Assembly: GCF_009914755.1 (NCBI RefSeq)
Contig: NC_060925.1
DNA: 64,000 nucleotides
Source: the human T2T-CHM13v2.0 reference genome, Homo sapiens
Strand: one strand, 5' to 3'
In this document: positions 1-15,226 of the stretch, one piece after another
Layout: every line of letters begins with the position of its first letter
Numbering within the stretch: position 1 is the stretch's first letter
The notes under the pieces: model-generated
Told to the model about the DNA's origin: nothing
What the model saw: the letters and a program-made list of their open reading frames with translations, nothing else
The model's database searches: none
Position numbers and translations under genes: made by a program

Positions 1-632
1 TTAAATAAATGACCCAGGTTTTCACTTTTGGGCTGAGATCAAGCATGAGAAGGAAATGTCTTAGAAAATGAAGACCTTAACAACTAACATAGATATTTTT
101 AAATGGAATGCTCTTCTCATTAACTACAGCAAGTCTATGTAAATGTAACTGGGAGTCTATAGCAGAGCAGCAGACTTACTCCTAAAGAGCCATATAGTAA
201 ATATTTTGGCTTTGTTGGCCAGGAGACAAAATGGAGACCATTATGGTAGGTACTTATATGACCATTTAAAATATTAACATTTAAAAATGTAAAAACTATT
301 CTTAGCCTAAGGTTCATTTCAAAAATCGGCATTTGGCGGAGATCTAGCCCAAGAGCCATAGCTTGCAAATACCTGCTCTATAGTAATCAGTGTTATAGAG
401 AGAAATCAAACTATAGTCTGTGGTAAAATGCCTCTACTGGCAAAAATCCAGACTTTGAAACAATGAAATAATATGAATCTCCACATATTTGGGTTCCCTT
501 TAACTTTGCGTAAGGCAAGAACATGGAACAGTAAATGGGAAATAAATTGAAAAAAGACAGAAAGAAATGTTTGTTCTCTAATCATGGTGTTTAAAAAAAT
601 AAAATTAGTCCTAATGTCAAAAATAAGTCTGA

Positions 633-1027
<395 letters not shown>

Positions 1028-1101
1028 ATATACTGGGTTAAGAAACGTAAATATATGCCCTTGGAATGAAAAGAGTGTGGTTGAGATCTCTGTTTAGATA
1101 A

Positions 1102-1477
<376 letters not shown>

Positions 1478-2357
1478 TGATTGGTAGCTCTTACTGTTTC
1501 TAAACTCAAGAGAAAACCTAAATTACTCTCTGAAAAAAAAAAACAAGCATCTAAGAAAGCTTCCTGAATAAGTCCTCACATAGTCTTGAATAGTTTTTAA
1601 TTATAGCCTCAGTTAGGATGATCTAACAATTTTTTCCCTAAAGAGTGATTTATCCTATATTGCCCTTTAATAACTTTTAAAGTGTTATTTTCATAGAAAT
1701 TTGGTTCCATATACCTACTCTGGACCATGGAGCATAGCCCTCACTTTTAAAGCCAAAATTCCTTGTACTGTAAATTTGGCAGCATTTATTCAGTCATCAT
1801 TGTAACCATGATTTCCTTATTTCTCATTATTGCAGTTTACTCTTTATTAAAGAAAATTGCAGAGAGAAAAGATGTACTCAAAGAGAAAGAACTGGACTCC
1901 TAGGGAGTTAAAAGCCCTGTTATTCTTTGCTCATTTGTTATATAGTCTTGTGGTTAGGCCAAGTGAATTAGCTTAGGGCTTAATTATTTATTTTCCAAAG
2001 AGCTCCTCAGCTTTGAGGAGCATGTACGTGTTCCAGAGGATGGTATTCATTATAAGCCAGTGCAGTTTCCCATACTGTGACAGGATTGGGTTCTGATTTA
2101 TTTAAAAGATAAAAGGGATTAAGTGCAATGTCTTCCTTCTATTCTAGCTTCAATGAGTGTTTCTGTTTCCTTAATTTCTTCATATACATTTAGTTGACTG
2201 ACATATTCCTTGCTTAATGCCCGAAGTCACAAAGGGAAACAAAAGTTTTTTTTTAAATTGAGATGATTGATGATAAAAAGGGTGTCCTTAATGCTTTAAA
2301 TATTTGGTTCTTTGAAGTCTTTGTAAGTGATTTCAGTTATTGTGTTCCCTTCACTAG

Positions 2358-2399
2358 ATTTAATATCAGAGGAACAACAATAGGTGATAGAATAATGAG
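2358..2399 (+). CDS. DCAF6: DCAF6 alternative 42-nt cassette exon, (R)FNIRGTTIGDRIM(R)
   Basis: ttcccttcactag acceptor and AG|gtaatt donor. Symmetric phase 2/2 and joins in frame to the exon at 15088. The peptide matches my recollection of longer DCAF6 isoforms. Confidence 0.85.
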
Positions 2400-3346
2400 G
2401 TAATTCAGTATGTTCCTTCATAATTTTTTTTTTATGATGGATTTGCCAGGTCTTCTTTTGCCACAGCTAACCACCTTTCCTATTAACAGTTAATACTCCC
2501 TTTGGACTTACTGAATTCTAAGTGCTAAGCATTGTAAAGCAGGTCGCTTTCCACAAACTATATTTAGCTGCATGCACTGCATGGGGATAGAATGAAAAGA
2601 AATTTCCTGTGTGCAGACTGATGTTCACTTCAAATATGTCATATGGCAAAGTAACTATAATCTGAAATGATGTACTTTAAGTATCAGTTACTCTTTTTGG
2701 ATATTTTGTTGAAGAATGCAATTTATGTTTTTTAAATTTGATTGGGATAACAATTACCAACTTTTTGTTATTCGTATATGCTCCTTTTCCTTGAGCTCAA
2801 TAACTAAAAATGTACTTGAATCTAAATCTGTGTATAGGTTTCTGATTTTTGCAAGAAAGTTGTTTCCTTATAAATAGTTTAGAAATAGTGTCACATATCA
2901 AGATGATATATAAGCCTCAAGCACTTCTCTATTTGGGACATATTTTTGAGTAGATCTTTAAAGTGAACCTCAATGACATCAGTCACCTACTGAAAACCTG
3001 TTTTGCTGACAAAATCAACCTTGTACTTAACTCTAGAGGCATATATCTGTTATTTACCATCAGTTTCTAAAACAGTTGAACATGAAACATATAGCAACAA
3101 TCAGAAATGTAAAGTTTGTAGAGTTCCTAATGAAAAATACAGAAGTCATGAAATAAGCCAAAAAATATAATAGATGTATGGAAATTTCTGGTTATGGTTC
3201 ATTGTCAGGAGGATTCTCATCTACAAGTCTCAAATTTGTTTTTGCTTCTCAAACTTGTTTTGTTTTGTGCTGTTGTTTCTAGCCTGTTTTAACATTAAGG
3301 TATATTTGAAATAACTTTTTCAAATTATTACTAGTTATCACTTTCT

Positions 3347-3649
3347 TTTTTTTTTTTTTTCCCCAAGATGTAGCCTTGCTCTGTTGCCCAGGCTGTAGTG
3401 CAGTGGCGCAGTCCCAGCCCACTACAACCTCTGCCTCCAGAGTTAAAGTGATTTTCCCGCCTCAGCCTCCTGAGTATCTGGGATTACAGGCGCCCACCCA
3501 CCAGGCCCAGTTAATTTTTGTGTTTTTAGTAGAGACAGGGTTGGTCACCATGTTGGCCAGGCTGGTCTCAAACTACTGACATCAAGTGATCTGCCCATGT
3601 TGGCCTCCCAGAGTGCTGGGATTACAGGCTTGAGCCACCGCATCTGGCC
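3347..3649 (-). mobile_element. Alu (S-like) with TSD tagttatcactttct
   Basis: Alu similarity and flanking direct repeat. Confidence 0.9.
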
Positions 3650-4904
3650 TAGTTATCACTTTCTGATTAATTGTATGACAATAAAATGGAATTTGCTTCA
3701 GAGTTTTTTGATATCCTGATTTATACTTTTTATCACAAGTACGCAAAGCTGGTTTCTGGTTTTATAATGAAAATTGCAACTATAAAGTACCATGATGCTT
3801 TAATTGAGTTTTAGAAAAGCTGAAACACTAAAGTAGAGATTATCATGAACTGATAAACAATGGTAAAGCAGAAAATGTAACAGTTACCTCCCTGTAGAGT
3901 GAATGAGGTGAGACTCATTCTTCTCTACTTCATTTTATTTCTTATGTAGAGATTATCTGGTGGAAACTTCTAATTATAAGGCAGTATTTTCCTGCCAGTG
4001 AACACACATTTGTTCTGCTTCTCCTTTTAGCTATTAGAGATGTTCAAAGAATGTAAACTTCTGCTTAAGATAGACAAAATTAGAAAAATAAAATTATCAC
4101 AGATGTTTATATCTACTGCCCGTTATGACTAGTCTTCATTAGGGACTGTCTTACAATGGGGAATGTGTTCTACTATAATCTGCTAAGATTCTGAATGATA
4201 GGTACCATATTTCTTTGAATAGTAAATAAAATGGTAGTCATCCCCTATTCTTCATTCTACTTTTATTACCTCATCACCTCTTACCTGGTGTACTGAGGGA
4301 GTTCTCCAACTCCTTCTACTCCTGCTTTCAGTAGTTCTCCATTGTTTATGATATAAAGAAGAAACAAACCCAGCTTCCTTGCCTGGTATATAGGGCACTT
4401 CATATTATAGCTGCTGCCAAAAATTGGTCATGCTGTCTACATTGCCATACTTGGAGTGTCACTGAATACATTCAGAGGACTATTGGAGTTCTCTGAATAC
4501 ATTATGCTGCCTTAAGTCAGCGTATCTTTACATACTCTGAGCCCTCTAACAGAAAAGACCTCCTATCACTATCACCATCATTTGGGTCACCTCATCTTTC
4601 AACATCATCTTAAGCTACATTTCCTGGCCCATATATTCCCTAATCAAAAATATGGGCCCTTATATATACCTACTGTACTACCTATCACAGTGCATTGTAT
4701 ATTTGTATGTTTTCATATATAAGAATGTAAGCACCTTTAAGGACAGTGTAATACATACATGCATACAGAAATAAAAGTTGGCAAAGACACCTTTTTGTCA
4801 AAAACTCTAGCTAACTAAATTTTTATTCATATCTCCCTGCATGATATGGGTTTTTGCTTTCTTTCTCTGCTTCCTAAAACTTGAATGAGAAACCAGTGAA
4901 TTAC

Positions 4905-5430
4905 TGTTTCAGGGGTCCCACGGCCTCCCCACACAGTTGATTGCTTGCTACAAAGACTCAAAAGAATCAAAGGCACTTCAATCGTGGCTATGATTTATTA
5001 TGGCAAGGAAAAAAGATCAGACACAGTGGAAGAATCCAGGCTCAGTGTTCCAAAGTTCTCCCTTTCAGAATGTGCACCTCCCTTCCCAATAAAATACAGT
5101 AATACTTCTGTAGTTTTTCTGCCCTGGTGAAGCCTGCTTATAACTCAAAATCCAGGGTGTTTACTGGGGTCTGGTCATGTAGGCACCTCTGCCTGTGTGC
5201 CTAACCACAGTCACCTGAATTCCAGACCCAGAAGGAAAGTAGGTGTTCACCACAAATCATGTTATTTTTGCAGTTTACGCAAGCTGGCCCCGCAGGGTTG
5301 TGTCCCAGGCAGGCAGAGCAATGTAACATGCCAAAAGTCAAGTTCTCAGACACCAGCCAAGGGCCAGCCTCATAAGCAGACCCTTCTAAAGATAGCAGCA
5401 TCAGACCTGCTATCCCTTACCTTTATTTAC
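4905..5430. mobile_element. MER21-like LTR
   Basis: Starts tgtttcaggggtcccca; ccagccaagggcc...cttctaaagatagcag resembles MER21. Confidence 0.6.
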
Positions 5431-5618
5431 TAATACATTGTAAGGCAAAGAATCCAGTTTCTTGCCCCCACAAAGGAGCAGAAACAGCAAGATACTCTCT
5501 AGCAACCCATCTCCCTCACTTATTTCAGATACTTGTAAAGATATATGTTGAAATGACAGCAATTCTAACATATAGAACTTTTTTATTGATAAAGCTAGAT
5601 AACGCTAACATACTAATA

Positions 5619-6010
5619 GTATCTTAGTTCATTTCCTGTTGCTTATGATAGAAATCTTCTGGGTAATTAATAAAAGAAATGCATTTTTTACAGTTACGGA
5701 GGCTGGGAAATCCAAGGTTGAAGGGCCACAATGGTACAAGCCTTCTTGCTGGCAAGGACTCTGCAGAGTCCCGAGCTGGCACAGGAAATCACATGATGAG
5801 AAGGCTAAGCTCAGGCTTCTCTTCCTCTTCTTATAAAGCCACCAGTCCCCACTGACCTGATAACCTATTAATCTATAAGTGAATTAATTCATTCTTGAGA
5901 GTGGAGCCCTCATGATCCAATCACCTTTTAAAGACCCCACCTCTCAGTACTGCCACATTGGGGATTAAGTTTCACCATGAGTTTTGGAGGGGACATGCAA
6001 ACCATAGCAC
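5619..6010 (-). mobile_element. MaLR (MST/MLT1-like) solo LTR
   Basis: tcttagttcattt...ggaggctgggaaatccaagg...caaaccatagca termini. Confidence 0.75.
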
Positions 6011-6262
6011 ATAGCTTTTACTATAAACCAAGTGTGTGTTTTAAAGCACTTAAAATGTTTATTTTTTAATAACTTTTTTCTAGACTCTTACTTATAGGAT
6101 TCAATTGGACTGCAAACATTTTAAAATTTATAATTTAAATGTAAATTTCAGCTTCACCCTGTCTGAATAATCACAGATTGCATATAAGAAGATTCAAATT
6201 AATGAGGTTTTCTTTTCTAAGAACTACTAAGCTAATATAAGAAAAATGTATACATAGTATAA

Positions 6263-6493
<231 letters not shown>

Positions 6494-6802
6494 TGAAGAA
6501 CAGTGGTATTCAGAATTATAATGAGCATTTCCAATGAACCATAAATACATGGAATTTAATTTATTCTTTTAATATCTTTTTTCTTATTTATGCCTGGGGA
6601 ATGCGTCTTTAACACATACCCACAGTAACTTTGATTCTTATAGAAAAGTTTTATAGCTACTATGAAAGTAGAGATATAGAAATGTAATAATTGTTGCAGA
6701 AACTCTTCTATTGAAGGAGATGGTGGTGAGGATAGCTATCCTATGTTTGTAAGAACCTAGATCTTCAATCTTTGAATTGAAAAAAATCAGGCTTAAGTTT
6801 TT

Positions 6803-7961
6803 TTTTTGTTTTTTTTTTTTTTTTTTTAACGAAGAAGTATTTTATTATTTTGCTGCAAAGCTGTTGCTTCACTGTATAAAAATAGCACCAGCAAATGCAG
6901 TGTATCGCAAAATTAAGATAGTGGTGTTCCTCATCTGACACTGTACAAGCAACAAAACCTCTTCACTTCCAGTTATTTCCAATGGAAAGATCATTAAGTA
7001 TTTCATCCCAAATCCAGGTATGGATACATGCAAGTTACAATATTATATAAGGCTTAAGAATAACAATGTTATCTTTGAATTATGTAATTTTTATAACTAG
7101 TTTTTACCATGGATAATTTCATGAATTCTGAACACTAGAGCCTAGTCTAAAAATCATAGGATATTGTGAAAAAGACGCATATTATATTTATCTATAATCA
7201 TTAGAAAGTTAAAGGGCATTTTCTTTCATTAGCAGTGTTAACAGTAGTTTTTTTTTCCCCATCGGTAATACTAAAAGTTTCTATTCTAAGTCTTCTATCC
7301 ACCACTAATTTAAGACAACTCTGCTGGCTTGCGTTATTTCATACTAGTTTATTTAGGAGTTCCATTTTCACTCCTCAATAGATTTTATGTATTTCTCATA
7401 TGCTTCTTCACTCATAAGTTCATCTAGTTCTGAAGGGTTACTCAGTGTCATCTTGATCAGCCAACCATCTTCATAACAAGATTTGTTTACAAGTCCTGGA
7501 TTTTCTGCAAGAGCTTCATTAATTTCAGTTACTTCTCCTGATAAAGGAGAATAGAGTTCACTAGCAGCTTTCACACTTTCCAAAGCACCAAACTCATCTT
7601 GTTTGTTCAATTTTGTCCCAACTTCAGGGAGACTACAATAAACAACATCTCCCAACGCTTCCTGTGCAAAGTTGCTGATTCCCACTGTTCCAATGCCATT
7701 TTCTGTTGTTACCCATTCGTGTTTCTCTGTGAATTTACGCACCGAGAGCAGAGCGGGTCCAGTGCGTAGCGTACGGACGGCGCCCACCCCCAGCTGCCAG
7801 GGCCTCGGCGGGCAGGGCGCGGCGGGTGACGGGACCGCGCGCAGGGTGCAGAGCAGGGCCCGCACGCTCCGCACCACTCGCAGCGCCATGTTCGCAGGGG
7901 TGCGGGGGTCGCAGCGCTACGCCTCGGCCACCCGCGCCGGGAGGCGGGGCGGGGAGGGGCC
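6803..7961 (-). pseudogene. GCSHP5: Processed GCSH retrocopy (glycine cleavage H protein) with full-length mRNA and intact ORF, probably GCSHP5
   Basis: Intronless 173-aa ORF at 7368..7889, 72-nt 5' UTR, 3' UTR with AATAAA (6841-6846 on -), poly(A) to ~6827. TSD CAGGCTTAAGTTTTT at 6788-6802 and 7962-7976; TT/AAAA L1 endonuclease site. The symbol comes from recalled location. Confidence 0.93.
7368..7889 (-). CDS. Intact GCSH-like ORF within the retrocopy (mitochondrial transit peptide plus lipoyl domain, ESVKAASE lipoyl-Lys)
   Basis: 173-aa ORF that I cannot distinguish from human GCSH by eye. Whether it is expressed cannot be seen from sequence. Confidence 0.6.
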   Translation of the reverse strand: MALRVVRSVRALLCTLRAVPSPAAPCPPRPWQLGVGAVRTLRTGPALLSVRKFTEKHEWVTTENGIGTVGISNFAQEALGDVVYCSLPEVGTKLNKQDEFGALESVKAASELYSPLSGEVTEINEALAENPGLVNKSCYEDGWLIKMTLSNPSELDELMSEEAYEKYIKSIEE

Positions 7962-9349
7962 CAGGCTTAAGTTTTTAATAATAAATTCACACTCAATTTA
8001 TTTTTGAATGGAATAATTTAATTACAGAATAAGAAGATGAAGGTCACTGTTGTCCAAAGTGTTCTGATACTCTACAATGTGGTCACAAAATTTGGGAAAT
8101 ACTACATTGTGTATACCTCTTTGTGAGATTCACAAGAACCTGTAGCGTAATAAAGCCTCTGAGAAGACTTGCAGCAAGAAACCTCTTTAAGCTTTGTTTG
8201 GTATATCATTTTCCACACTTACTTTATCATAAGCCTATTTTGTGGAATACCTACAAAAATCCCAAGTTTTAGAAATGCTCTGCTTCTGGATTATTCTAAC
8301 TACATTCTAGACAAGTATTGAGTTCCTTAGAAACCTGGACTAGGAGAAGCTTTTATTTCCCTTTAGTTTTTCACTGTGTGTTTTGCACAGTAAAGAATTT
8401 CTTTCTACAGATTTATTCAAAATTCGCCAGCTATAATTCTAGTCATGTTCTTGTATTCTATCCATGGTACAGTATCCTTTATATAATAACCTTGTTTGGT
8501 AACTGAATTACTTAAGTCATTTCATTCCTGGTCCTCTCCTAATCTTTGATTATGCTGTTTTTTCCACCCTAAAAAGTCTTTGTTCTCTTGTAAGGTATTT
8601 TAATAATACCTATAATATCAGTTAATTTGTGCCATTCTACCTATGTGTAATGGTGTTTTATGAAAGGGTTTACCATCTTGAAAATGGTATGCAAATTAAT
8701 TCATATTTTTTAGTGCTATTTAATGAATTTCTGCTTATATTTTAGCCTAGTTTTTTACTAAATGTGACTAGTACTTTTAAAACGGGTTTATAGACTGTTT
8801 CTGCTTCATGTAACTTCATACTTTAACCTTGGAGTTATCTCCAAGATTCCAGATTTTCTGGAATATGCAATAGTAAAATACAAGGTCAGGAGTCTAGGTT
8901 TTATTTTCTTAGGTTAGTTGTACATCCTTCAGATTTACTCTTTTCCTCCATTAAATGTTTCTTCCAAATAGAATAATAATTGATACTTTGAGCTGTTTCA
9001 TTATTGCTTTGAAATTGCTGGATAATCAATTTTTTACCTATTATTTTGTTACTTCAATAAACCTATTATGTGCTAGATACTCTGGTGGGTGCTGGTGATA
9101 ATGATAACACAACGCCTACCCTCCTTGAGCTCTCAGTTCAGTGGGATACACAGACACATATACATAGTTACAATACAGTAATTGCATTGACAGGGCTTTG
9201 CAGGGCTTTGAGAGTATTAAGGACCCCTAATCTAACCTGAGGAAGGGGAGAATTGTATTTTTATAATTCTTGGTTTGTGACACATTATCATTGTTAGTTC
9301 ATACTTGGCTCCTTTTCTTTCTTTCTTTAGATACCCATGAGCCCACCAA

Positions 9350-11100
<1,751 letters not shown>

Positions 11101-11112
11101 TTTATTTAGGCC

Positions 11113-11414
11113 TTTTTTTCTTTTTTCCTTGAGACAGGGTCTTGCTGTGTCGCCTAGGCTGGATTGCAGTGGCATGATCATGGCTCACTGCAGTTTTGAC
11201 CTCCTAGGCTCAGGCGATCCTCCCACCTCAGCTTCCTGAGTAGCTGGGACCACAGATGTGTGCCACCACTCCTGGCTTATTTTTGTGATTTTTTTGTGGA
11301 GATGGGGTCTCACTATGTTGCCCAGCCTGGTTTCAAACTCCTGAGCTCAAGGGATCCTCCTGTCTTAGCCTCCCAAACTGCTGGGATTATAGGTGTGAAC
11401 TGCTGCACTCAGCC
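11113..11414 (-). mobile_element. Alu (J-like)
   Basis: Alu similarity; TSD taggcctttt. Confidence 0.88.
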
Positions 11415-11649
11415 TAGGCCTTTTACAAAATATCTTTCAGTAACATTTTATTTTTCTGTGAGCAGGTTTTGCATATATTTTTTATAACTTAAAGACACTT
11501 TTTGTTGCTGTTATAAATGCATTCCTTTTAAAATTTAGGCTAATTGTCCCCTGCTGATATTTAGAAATGCAGTTAACTTGTATATGATTATGTATCCAGC
11601 TACATTCCTTTTCTATTATTTGTATTAATTGGCCCGTAGATATTTTGAG

Positions 11650-11952
11650 TTTTGGTTTTTGTTGTTGTTTTAAGAGTTGTTTTGTTACCCAGGCTGGAAT
11701 ACATGGCATGATCTTAGCTCACTGCATCCTGTAACTACTGGGCTCAAGCCATCCTCCCACCTCGGCCTCCCAAATAGCAGGGACTACAGGTGTGTGTGTA
11801 CCACCATGCCCAGCTAATTTTTTTCATCTTTTTTTAGAGATGGGATCTTACTGTGTTGCCCAGGCTGGTCTTGAACTCCTGGGCTCAAGCAGCCCTCCTG
11901 CCTCAGACTCCCAAGTAGCTGGGATTACTGGGGTGAGCCACCGTGCCTGGCC
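11650..11952 (-). mobile_element. Alu (J-like)
   Basis: Alu similarity. Confidence 0.85.
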
Positions 11953-12066
11953 TAGAGCATACTTTTTAAATGAACATTTATGCTTTGATACAGTTCTCGT
12001 TTATTCATAATTATTACCACCTCATTTACTAATGCAGCCTTAATTTTGTCCATACATCTTGTTTTA

Positions 12067-12459
<393 letters not shown>

Positions 12460-13229
12460 TTAGCAAAAGAGTTTTTTCTTTATTGGTTTCTTGCTAATCA
12501 CATGTTTGTAACTGATTCATTATTCCTTTTTCTTCCATTCAGAAAAATGAGAGATCCAAGCATATGTCTCTTAAGTATGTCTCTTTCGAGAATATTTGAC
12601 CTCTCTATCCTTCCCATTCTCACCTCCCAGTCAGAAATAGAGTGAACTAAACATGTCAGCTTTTCTGGGAGTTTCTAACTGTATCTAACTTAAAAATGTA
12701 TGTGGAGATTCCTTTTTCTTTGATAGCATAGAAAAAAGTTTTGAAAACACTTTTTAAGTAAGTCTATATAGCTTAAAGTATACCATTTAGTTTATGAAAA
12801 AGTAAACATCTTTTTATTATGAAAGTAGAAGTATATAATTGTTACATAATTATTTTAAAAATTGTTAGTCACAATTTAATGTCCATCTTTCCAAACCCTT
12901 TCTATGCATATATAATTTTATTCTATGAATTATTCTTTAGCCTGTGTTTTAGATTAAGCAGTATAATGGTGATATCTTTCATGTGGTTTATGGATCATTC
13001 ATACCCTTTTTAATGGCTGCATAAGTATTTCATTGTATGGATTTGCCATAATTTATTTAACCTATTCTTTCTATATGAACATTTAGATTATTTCCAATCT
13101 GTCTCAATTACAGTTGTGCAGTGAAAAAAAGTTTATGTATTTACATATTTTAAGTTTTTCTGTAATATACATTTTTTAAAAGTTAAATTGCTGAGTCAAA
13201 GCTTATATTACTTAATTTCTCTTCAAAAA

Positions 13230-13890
13230 TATATTTTACTGGAACTTTACACTATGGGTGGGAGTGTAAATTTATACAGCCACTTTGGAAAACCACAAAT
13301 AGATCTTCAGTTTGAGAGTATCTATTAAAGCAGAACATTATGCACATACTGAGGTCTAGCAGCTCCTCTTCTAGGTATATATCCAACATAAATATGTACA
13401 CAGTTCACCAAACAACATACACAAATGTGGATAGTAGCCTAATATTAGTAATCAAAAATGTCGACAACCCAATGTCCACCAATAGTAGAATGGATAAATA
13501 AATATTAATATATTTATACCAAGTAATACTCTGCAGCAAAAAGGATGAATGAACTACAGCCAAGTACAACATGGGTGAATCTTACAAACATAATTCTGAG
13601 CTAAAGAAGCTAGACATAAAAAAAATGTATTATTCCACTTAATTAAAGTTCACAAGCAGGCAAAATTAATTCATGATATCAGAAGTCAGAATAATGGTTT
13701 CCTTTAAAGGGACAGTAATGATGGAAATGGGGTACTTAGGAGACTTCAGGAATTCTGGTTATACTGTTTCTAAATTCTGGTGCTGATTATATGGGCCTGT
13801 TTTGTTTGCAAAAATTCATTGAGCTTTTTACCTTAGGATTTTCAACTTTCCCGTATATGTGTTATATTTAGTAAAAAGTTTACAATATCT
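13230..13890 (+). mobile_element. Old L1ME-like 3' fragment
   Basis: cagccactttggaaaac...caatgtccaccaatagtagaatggataaat. Confidence 0.65.
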
Positions 13891-14346
13891 TTTTTATGTG
13901 TAAAAACCGCTTTCAAACTCCTCTCAGTAATGCCTGTTTTCCTGAACTCTTACCATTCTGATATACATAAAAGTCTTTTCCATCTAATAAACATAAAAAG
14001 ATCAGTTTTTTGTTTTTATCCTATTATTAGTGAGACTGAGCATCTTTTATATATTTGTTAACTGTTATGAGATCTGTTTTTCTTACTGATTTGTAACCTT
14101 TTTAAAGATTATGGACGTCTGGTCTGTTATATGTCAAAATATAATATTTTAAATAAATTCAAACTGACAAAATTATTAAGTAATATGTGTTAGGAGAGAA
14201 GTTTTATTTTAATAGTTAAATCAGTTTTTAAGAGTCCTTTGTTCTTCAATCCCAGTTCTGTCACCAAATCATTTCTTAAGAGAGTAAAATCTGCTTCATT
14301 AGTTCTAAATTCGTAATATGGAGTCCATAAAGAAGATGCTATTTGA

Positions 14347-14634
<288 letters not shown>

Positions 14635-15087
14635 TAAAATATCAAAATAGAAGTCTATCCACTGCTATTATATATTACCTTTAGTTTCTTTTCATTTCTC
14701 TTTATGTGTTTTCTTAATATGGAGAAGAGGGGAAAGAACATTGGATAAAATTTGTTATATTTGTAGTAAAATTGCACATGAATTTTGTCTGTATTATGTT
14801 TTTATAAAATAGCCCTTTAAAAACCAGTTTGCCGCATGCTATTGCCTTTACTTTTCATCCAGTACCAAATTTCTAAGTGATCTCTTAACTAAAATACTTT
14901 GTTGTAGTAACTCAACTAGTCTGACTTCTCACTGTTGTGTCTGCGTTTTTATGCTTTTGGTTGGGGGTGCCTTATTGAGATAGTGTGTTTATGTATTTCC
15001 TAGACTTACTATATTTTCATAAGTTTCTCATTATTCTTTGTGAATATTTTTATTTATTTTTGTTTTTTTAATATGTAATTCATATAG

Positions 15088-15226
15088 ACGCTCTGCTGTT
15101 GCCCGTATTCAGGAGTTCTTCAGACGGAGAAAAGAAAGGAAAGAAATGGAAGAATTGGATACTTTGAACATTAGAAGGCCGCTAGTAAAAATGGTTTATA
15201 AAGGCCATCGCAACTCCAGGACAATG
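15088..15226 (+). CDS. DCAF6: DCAF6 IQ-motif exon ([46 protein letters not shown])
   Basis: catatag acceptor, ATG|gtacc donor, 139 nt (1+46 codons). IQ-like motif recognised as DCAF6. Confidence 0.96.

Noticed and set aside
1836-1952. Possible extra DCAF6 exon after ttattgcag
   Set aside because: Stop codon in the required frame and a weak donor; cannot be supported without RNA data.
7672-8007. 111-aa + strand ORF
   Set aside because: Antisense shadow of the GC-rich GCSH ORF.
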